A DNA stretch of 46,024 nt from Tubiluchus corallicola (lineage: Eukaryota > Animalia > Priapulida). Where the stretch lies: positions 1-46,024 of the forward strand of contig JAQGDQ010001343.1 of the NCBI GenBank assembly GCA_030141605.1. Direction: 5' to 3'. Position numbers and translations under genes: made by a program. This document shows, in pieces, positions 37,248 through 46,024 of the stretch; position 1 is the stretch's first letter; each line of letters starts with the position of its first letter. The notes below the pieces were generated by a model. That model was not told where the DNA came from, made no database searches, and saw only the letters and a program-made list of their open reading frames with translations.

Positions 37248-40200
37248 TGAACTCGAAGTGTCAGTCTTGAGGGACCATGTCATCTAAAGCCCTAGGAGCC
37301 GGGTGATAAATCACCTTGTAGCAATTAATTAAATAGGAAGCGAAATTATTATACAAATCACTTGAATACTATACGGTCACAAAATACAAAATAAGGAAGT
37401 GATAAACTATATGATCGTCCCCATAAATAGACCTCGTCACTAATAAGTGCTAAATCCATCTCACCTAGCCAACAACTTTTGCAATTTTTTTTCTAAACAT
37501 TTTGAAAATTGTGATTCCATTTCTGGGAATGTGAGACAAAGCTAACTCAAAAGAGACTTGATGAGATTTCACCTAACAACATTTTGAATTGCAAAAAAGT
37601 CTAACTAGCATCTTAATTACAAAATTGTCCCATAGACCCATTTTGTGTGGCATGCGCTTCTTTTATTGTCTCAGATTAATCATCTCCTGTTACAAGGTAT
37701 CCAAGCAAAGCTCAATTGGGCTAATGTTCAACTGCATTAACACGGCCCATCGAGATTGAGACACTTGGACTTCACCTCGTCGTAAGAATATAGCTCTGGC
37801 ATTGGTCACTACATTGGCCTGGAAAAGTGCCAACGTGAGACTTCCTATGATCCAAAGCACAATGTTGGTATCTATGTTCTGAAAAACAAGGCCAGAATAT
37901 CACTGCCTTGCAGAAATCTGGATTTACACTGTATCTTTTATTCTGTTCCTGATGTCAGAATACTTTCCTCCCCCTAGAGTGGCCCTAACCTCCTTTTCCC
38001 AACAGCAAGTATTTAATTCTTATAATTTTCCGAAATTAAATTGTTTCGCTGCGCTTATGCGAATTTAGTCCCCGGTCTAATAGTAGGCCGGGCATGTCAA
38101 GAGTTTTAAACTACACTAATCCGCGAGCGTACAGTGCGAGTTACAATCATCTTCCAATGATATTCGTGTTTACCCTGTATACATCAATATCGCATCCTTT
38201 AATTACTGAACAACGCTTTCCATTCTTCGCGCAGGCTCCTCACGTACTTCCGGTATAAACGCTCAAGACTTTTTACCTTTATTTATGGCGAAGTATGTCT
38301 CTTGTTCACCAGTGGGGCCCCATAGTGGGCGAGCGCTACATCTGGTAGTATATTTTTACTAATTATTATGGGTCGACTTCCTACCATCCTTCTTCTCTTT
38401 AGTTCTTTAACTTTAACGCCCTGTTATAATAGAGTGTTGACCTTCTTTTGCTATTACTTACTTAAGTCTAAGCCACGACAGTAACTCACTTCTGTGACTA
38501 TAACACAACGCAGCGTTCCATGCCAGGCGTTGCATTCCTTCCATGCTGCCATCTGTCGCCAGTCAAGTTAATTGACCTTCTAACTTTTACTGACCACGCT
38601 TGACCTTTTGTATTACCTGCTCAGCTGTAGTTCGAAAACTGAGCGCTAGGTGTCACAGCGCCTAGCTGACACTATTCACTCCTCAATATATTGCTGCTAC
38701 TCCCTTCATAGTCTATTTTCTTCATGCTTTTAAATTTTAAGCTTCCAAATAAATTTATTAGGTCTACCTATATACTCGCACTTCCACTACTGCTGCACTT
38801 TGTAGCACCAGAGTGTGCTTCGTCGGGTGACAGTAATGGCAGTGGCGAACTGCTGGATGTGTCCGTCTTCATCTTCCGGCATTGCTGGGCTAGGTGTCTC
38901 TTCCTCTTCTTCTTCTGATTGCCCTCTGTTTCTTCTCCTATCCCTCTGATTTCCGGAAGATTGTTTACCTTCGTTTCCTCCTTGTTTTCCAGTATCAGGC
39001 CATCGAAGGGATCCCATGCCAGGCTATCGGCCTGCTCAGTCCCTCTGACAATCTCTTCTCCTCTTTGACTGGCCGTTGCCCCTGGTAACGTCATAAGCAC
39101 AGGAGCGGACTCATCCCGGCTTACCTTACTGAAGTCTCCTTCTTCCTTGGAGACCGTGCATTTGTTAGTTAATTGTTCAGCTCTTCGTTTAGTAGACCAG
39201 GCAGCCGTGGGTGGTACCAAGCACAAGTGCATTACATGACACATCCTTATTCTTAAGTTCTTAATCTTGTACCAGTGCTTCCCTAATCTGGCTAGCATCA
39301 CGTAGTTGCATTCCCAGTACTGATACAACTTCCTTGTGGCCTTCAGCTTCACTGCCTGATTATAGTAGAAGACAATGTCTCCACTGTTGAAGTGCCACGT
39401 CTTGGCTTTTCTGCCGTACAATTCTTTACACTTAGCTCAAATGGACCTTACTTGCTCAGTCCGTTTCTTTGCTACAATGAACGCTTGGTGCATGGTCTAT
39501 AAATAATTCTCAAAGTAATCCTCACCCACATACTTATCTGGTTCCGCTAAATGGTTTTCCACTACACATCTGGGAGGTCGCGCAAATAACAGATAGTATG
39601 GCGAGTACCCTGATGTACTGTGTATGGCCATCCTATATGCAGCTAAGGCCCTAGGGCCCCAGTTCAGTGGGTCCTTTTCAGTTAACTGCCTTAATAATCC
39701 CATTAGTGTACCATGCTGACGCTCCTCTATTGCATTGCTTAGTGGGTTGAATGGAGTAATGGTTATGTGCCATATGCCATAGTGTTCGATAAGTCGCTTA
39801 GTCATTTCATTAACATACGACTTATCATTGTTACTCAATAACTTAGTTGGGGTGCCATATCTACAAATTATCTCGTTTACTAAGCCATCTGTCACAGTTT
39901 CTGCCTTTTGTCGGGAATGCCAATGGCATCCACCCATTTGGTGGCCTGGTCCATGAAAGAAATGATATATTTCTTCCCTTGCTCAGGAGTGGGCAACAGT
40001 CCCACTATATCAGTAGCCACAGTCTGATATGGCACAATTGATATAGGTGCCTGCTGCATAGGGAATCTTACTATGTTTTGGCTCTTTTTGTTGCAAATAA
40101 AACAATTTTCAATAAAATTTTTGCAATCTTGGCGAACTGTGGCCTACCAAAAATTAGTTAAAATTTTGCTGACCGTTTTGGCCAACGCAAAATGACCTCC

Positions 40201-43200
40201 AGCATAAGAGCTGTGAATCTCCGGTATTACTTCATTAATTAACACTATGAGATAATAACCACCCTCATTCTTCACAAAATGTTTGTTAATTTGACAGAAT
40301 TAGCCCGTCGGCATTAATAGCACAGTCTTCCATTAGCCTATACACTTCTTCCGACTGCTGTGGAGCCGTAATTACATGAATAATGTATGACAAGGTCGCA
40401 TCTTGGCTCTGCAAGAGCACAAACTTTTTCTTATCTATCAAGGCCTGCTTAAGCTCACTGTCATTGGTCAACTCTGTGGCCTCCGAGTGTGCCACTTCAA
40501 TCTTCGTGCATGTGCTTGGGTCATTTCCATTCCGAACTTCATCACGTTCCAGCAATGCTTGTTGCGCATCTGAACTGCCTTTTTAGGAAACAACAGTCCA
40601 GAAAATTTAGCGCACGGAACCCTCTCAGTTTTATTTTGAACTTGAGTTAACGAGTCAGTGTCCATGGTTCGGCTAACAGCTGTGCCCTCAGGGGCTGCTG
40701 AGCTATGAACTCGCATGGATCTACTGCTCTCATTGTCAATAGCAGCAATCTCTCTATTTCCATTTTTATACTCTAGGCGGCGTAGCTTCGTGCTTCGTAA
40801 ACTCCTTCTTAACCATCGTTTCCATTTTACTCATGGGTAACTGGCTATAATGGTCGCCAGGATTTTTATTACCGGGGCAGAATTCGATACTTGCATTCTG
40901 TTGCGACAACAGCAATGCCCATTTCTCAAATTTAGGATTCTGCAATTGCTTTGTCTCGATACTGCAGATTCTTGCTGATTACATATCTGCTCCCGTACAG
41001 ATAGTGATGCAACTTCCTAATTCCGTAAACTATTGCATATAATTCGCGTTCCGGTACTGTCCAACGCTGCTGTGTGGGCGTAAACTGTTGAGAGAAGAAT
41101 TCCACAGGTCTCTCTACCCATTCAATTCTTGCATAAGTATGCCCCCTACGCTGTACAAACTAGCGTCTGTATATAATACATACGGTTTTTCGGTATCTAG
41201 ATGGGTGACCATTACCGGGTTTAACAGAGCGGCCTTTAAAGCTCTAAAGGCCCTTTCCTGTGGTTCTTTCCACACAAACTTGACATTTTTTTTGATAAGC
41301 TCTGTTAATGGCCTTATGGAGTGTTAGCTCGGTAGTAGTTGCAAATACTGATAAAACTTCTCAACCCCGCTTACATTTATCGGATGGTCCATTGTCTGCA
41401 TGGTCTTTGCGCACCCCGGGTCTGGCCGTATGCCATCTTTGCTTATTATATACCCTAGGAATTGTACTTCTGATTTAGAAAACTGACACTTAGTAGGCGA
41501 AAAACTTCCTATAAATGCTCTAAGTATTCAGCCTCTGTTTTGGAGTATACAAGTATATCATCTAGATAGGCTATACTGAACTTGTCAGTTATGCCATCTA
41601 GTAATTTGTTGATGATCCTCCAAAACAATGATGGGCTGGGCAAAAGTCCCATAGGGCTACAAGTAAACATGTATGACCCTCCTTGGGTCACAATGGCGGT
41701 TTTCGGCTGATCATCTTAATGTACGGGTATTTGTAAAAACCCTTGCCTCAGATCTAGGCAACTGAAGTACTTGGCCCCTTGCAGTTTATCAGTGAAGTTA
41801 GAAAGCATTTGGCTGGGATAGGTGTCAAACTTGAGGTAATCATTCATCAGCGATCAGAAGGTGATCTGCTTCTGCTCACTGATGATCCTTCTCGCTTGCC
41901 CTACATGTTCCTACATGCTCAGAGGCTATTATGTGGGCTTGTTTTCCAATAATCATTAGCTTTCGCCCACAATCTAGTGGTGCATTCATTGCACGTAGTG
42001 CATCTATACCGAATATTGCATTCTGCTGCATCTTTACAATTTGGAATCTTATTTGTACTCTGCTTTCGCCTAATCTTGTGATCATCTCCCTTTCTCCAAT
42101 TACTGACATTATGGCACCCGAGGCATCCTTCAGAGTCACGCTGCTCGGATCACAGGGTCCCATTCTCAAACGCCTATACAATGCTAAGGAGATACATGAT
42201 GTGGACGCTCCAGTGTCTATCAACATACTGTTAGGCTTCCCGTTTAACTCTACTGCACATGTGGGCTGTGTAATTAACGGCTCTTCCAAACCTGTCGAGC
42301 TATGGTTTCGAAACGCCCCTAAGGTGTCCCTGTCCTTTTGTTTCACCCTCGTAACCTGACAGTTTTCTTTACGAATCGCTCGCAAACATTCATGTTTTGC
42401 ATTAGCTTTAAGTTATTCACATAATTACACCTCTCACAATTATCTATTTTTGACAATCTTTCACTATTTATATCGCTGCCACCTGTCTCCACATAATTTT
42501 GGCTCCGACCATGGAAGCCTAGTAGTGTCCCTGTGGTTTCCTTGGGCCAATTTTACCTGGGGTGAAAGGCCCTGGACTGCATCATTCCTTGGCAAAATGC
42601 CCTGGCCACTGACATCTAAAATACAAGTCAGCTCTAGCAGGCCTTCTCGGGTTTTGGAACCACCTTCCCATCCCCTGATGGCCTAAACCGGCCTGTTGTG
42701 GCCTAAGCCTAGGTACCGGTCCTCCTCTCTGGGGTCTTACACCTGCCTGTCGCTGGTGACCTTGCCCTTCTTTAGGAGCCTTTGTCCTGGGCTTGGGGTC
42801 CCCCCTTTCAGGTCTCTAAGCGCCCCTGGGAGTAATAGCTGACACACTGGGCCTTCACTTTCACTTTTTACCTCTGCTTCTACATAATCTACTTCCATGG
42901 GCGTTTCTGCCCTCAACTGATGCGCTACGTGCTTCCTCTTCAACCTAGTAATTTCTTGATTATTCTCGTCTTCCCGACATTGACTGTAGGCCACCTCGAG
43001 AGTCAATGGGTTATGCTTAATTAGTTTTGCACGTAATTGATTGTTCCTTAACGATTCTGTAAGCACATCAGTTAGAAATTGTTGTGCCAAAGACTGATCT
43101 ATCTCCAACAGTCTGTAAGCTAGTCGTGCGTGATACCAGATCCTGTCTACTAATTGCCAAAGGGATTCAAGTTTCTTTAGTCGTAAATTTTTCAACTCAA

Positions 43201-44007
43201 TCATATGTTTAGTTAATTCTGCTCGACTGACATATCGTTGTTCTATATATGTAATAAATTGACTCCAATTCATACTTGACCAAACTTCACGGTTAGCATC
43301 TAAGTATTGCACGCATGCACCTTCTACCGTCATATATGCTAACTGCACTGGTGATACTCTGGATCCACCTTCAAAATTTTTCGCTACAGTCCGTTTCCTG
43401 TCCAGCAATCTTTGGTAAGTCTGCTATGGCACTGCACAATGCCCATTGATCTGTCATGGCACCTATTTGTGCAGAAAGCCAACTAGCTCGTTCTACCATA
43501 ATGGGTACTGCCCGTACTGGCTGCTCTGATGTTCCAGCCTCAGCACTTGACGTACCTGTGGGGTCGTTGTCTCTACTATCAGTGGGTTGATCATTTTCCC
43601 GTATATGTTTCAAAATTACAGCCTGCAGAGCTGGAGTCGCTGGAGTCTGCATTTCCAGCCATCCCAGAAGTATATTTCCAGACCTAATCCACCTTTCCAA
43701 TTGGGCTTCAGTAACATCCTGAGGATCTCACATATTTTTTCATTTTTAACAATTTATGCAACAACAGTAATTACACAACAAAACTCTTAGGTTGATAAAT
43801 GGTAAACCACTTACTAATTAGGTCACGGGTTCCAACTTTCTCTGCCGATGCAATTCTCCTGTAGCTGTAATGGTCACGACACACGTCTGTCGGCTAATCA
43901 CTTTCTTTATCGGTTTATGGCTCACACACTTGTATCTAAACCATAATACAGGCTCAATAACACTGTAATCAATAGGTATTCTATTTAAAAAAACTCGTAA
44001 AACACTA

Positions 44008-44023
44008 AATCCTGGTCACGGCA
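44008..44023 (-). other. Primer binding site complementary to tRNA-His 3' end
   Basis: The + strand reads AATCCTGGTCACGGCA, the 3' end of invertebrate tRNA-His(GTG) as I recall it, 5 nt from the LTR end. The CCA-matching bases read AAA. Confidence 0.8.
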
Positions 44024-44028
44024 AAAGT

Positions 44029-45335
44029 TGTTGCTTGTTTACCTTATACAAACAACCATGATTAATTTTTCAATTAATCGAATGAATCATTCACACCACT
44101 GACTGCTTAAAGACAATTGATTTTGGCATTCGTTCAATTGCCCGATTCCAAAAGCTAGTTGATGGGGCTATGATAGTGTCCCACACAACTGAAACCACGA
44201 AATATTGCGTTGTGAGTATAGATTTTTGTCTCTCGAGTTATCAAGCTGACTCCCGCAATGAGCTTTACAGTGTAAATCTACCAAGTTCGATCAATGATTT
44301 AGTGTCTTGACGATTAGAGACTTAAGTAACTCTTTAAACATTAAACAGTATTTACTTAAACTAATTTAAGTTATTCGATAATTACGTTAAACTTAAGAAT
44401 GGTTTATTGTAATTAAATTTGCAATACATTTCAAAGTTCTACGGTACAAAGCTTTTCTTATGCACTGATGGGCACTTATAATTAACGCACTAATCCAAAG
44501 AGATAATTCTAATCATGAAATACTTCACAAGATGTAATGTTTGCACTTATGGTGCTAAAGTTACTCTGTTATTACAATTCACATAAACTGTTACAGCATC
44601 AGAGAATAAAGTAAAACTACTTAACTTGAGGACTATCCAACCTAACAATCGTTATTGGCCAGATCCTGATTCCTGAACGAGACTTTTCAGCATCAGAGAT
44701 TTGTCGAAGCAAATGACGCAGTATAGTATCACTACGCTGAGCTAAAGATATGTCTTGTAAAAAGATCGTCTCGTAGAAGTAAATGGCAACACACTCCTCT
44801 GCAATTCGGCAACCACTCTATCTGACTCTGTGTGCATGTGTGAGTGTAGTCTGAACTCTCACGCTGCTTTTGAAGTATTTCGCCGAGGTCACCCGGTATT
44901 GCACCATCTGACCGCCCGCAGCTGACATCCGTGACTCTCCAGGAAATTTAAATTACTAGAGGTCGCAACCCTATCACCATAGACATTGAAATATTGCTGG
45001 ATAGGTTAAATTAACCTTCAGTAAATGACTTGTACTGACCCTAACAATGTGACACCCTGACTTGTTCATCTGCAAATTGCCAGCGTAGAGCGCATTTTAT
45101 GTTCGCTAATTGGCACCTTAACTCTAAGTAGTCGGTGCGTCTTTTAATCATCTACTTTCCCGTTCACCAACCTCTGGCACCTGAACTCATTAAATTCAAG
45201 GTACAAGCTGAGTGAGTCAGTTATAATAAAATTGTAGGGTTTTCGTTATCAGACAAAGGAGGAGTATATTATCTCCGAAAATCTTGTAATTTAATTCTTC
45301 CAATTAATTTCTCAATCTAAATTTGAATCACAACA
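44029..45335 (-). repeat. 5' LTR of the second element (1307 bp)
   Basis: TGTTG...CAACA termini, adjacent to the PBS. The start TGTTGTGATTCAAATTT and GACTCACTCAGCTTGTA resemble the 14804 LTR. Confidence 0.8.
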
Positions 45336-45499
45336 ATTAAATTTACATGACAAAAACTAGTGAGATCAAAAGGATAAAAGCCGGAAACAAATTTACGGTA
45401 AAAGTATTAGAAACTATTAAAATTTTGGTATTGTAATTTATACTGAACATAGCTTACACATAGCTTATGTGTTTGGAACGGAAATTAGATGGAGCTTAC

Positions 45500-45553
45500 C
45501 AATTCCTTGATAAATTAGATGAATTCCTTCATTTGTTTTGTTCGCATGTTCAG
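45500..45553 (-). CDS. Candidate further upstream exon of the CHSY-like gene
   Basis: A consensus donor G|GTAAGC at 45500/45499 is in phase 1, compatible with the 35117 acceptor, and the frame encodes ...EGIHLIYQGIG. The 5' boundary is uncertain (frame closed at 45590). Confidence 0.3.
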
Positions 45554-45739
45554 CTTGAATGTCGAGAAAAGCGTCAGAAGGGGTATTTCAAGGTAGTGTA
45601 TATTTTTACGATAACCCTGGTTGCGTGTATCAGCCCCGGTCAACAGAAAAATGAGTGGACACACAACTGTCATGTATGAATTAATAATCTGTACTAGCGA
45701 AACCCGCAAAAAAATTTGCGCATAAATGAACACACAACC

Positions 45740-45800
45740 TACACTACACCACCCACACCATACCACCGCACCGCATTACCCACACCACATCAGCCACACC
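45740..45800. repeat. Degenerate (CCACA)n pentanucleotide tract
   Basis: Directly visible. Confidence 0.7.
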
Positions 45801-46024
45801 ATGCAGCTTTGTAAGTAAGGAACCTGAAGTGAAACGTACAATTATTTCCAACATTGTTACCTGTGGTCGTAGTGTTCCTGAGTTACCCACGTCATCATGT
45901 AGTCCAGTTCTTCCTCTTTCTGAAAAGCTTTCCTATAAGAACTCCATTAATTATTGTTCGAAACGTTATATTTGTATGGAATAAAAATGTCATGTTAGTG
46001 ATGCTCTCTCTCTTTCTCTCACTC

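Larger units (their letters stand above)
37650..45335 (-). mobile_element. Older, diverged Gypsy element of the same family (5' LTR, PBS, gag, pol, 5' part of env), 3'-truncated
   Basis: ORF fragments are homologous to element 1: gag 42737-43700, PR LIDTGA 41876-42385, RT YLDD 41509-41691, INT 38768-40300, env start about 37690-37930. Many stops and frameshifts, plus a ~1-kb deletion between PR and RT. Confidence 0.92.

Noticed and set aside
44008-44023. tRNA-His gene
   Set aside because: Only the 3' 16 nt match and they sit next to an LTR, so this is a PBS rather than a gene.

Overview
This is AT-rich eukaryotic (animal, probably invertebrate) genomic DNA with GT-AG introns, microsatellites and many transposon relics. 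The only host genes I can recognise are three Golgi glycan-building enzymes within about 31 kb. They are an HNK-1ST/CHST8-14-family carbohydrate sulfotransferase (+, 3874-4736), a GT10 alpha-1,3-fucosyltransferase (-, 19002-20297) and a chondroitin synthase (CHSY)-like glycosyltransferase (-, exons 33114-34555 and 34968-35117, probably more upstream). Together they match the enzyme classes needed for a fucosylated, sulfated GalNAc glycan such as fucosylated chondroitin sulfate, so this may be an animal glycan biosynthetic gene cluster (inference). Four pieces of one env-bearing Ty3/Gypsy family lie among these genes: (1) a 5'-truncated, lightly decayed element (about 6110-16065) with gag, PR-RT-RH-INT, an unusually short F-type env and a 3' LTR; (2) a near-identical inverted copy of part of it (1-1821); (3) a solo-type LTR (36055 to about 37247); (4) an older diverged copy on the minus strand (about 37650-45335) with a tRNA-His PBS and 5' LTR. 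BEL/Pao, piggyBac and LINE remnants and several tandem repeats fill the rest. All alignments were done by eye and no searches were run.
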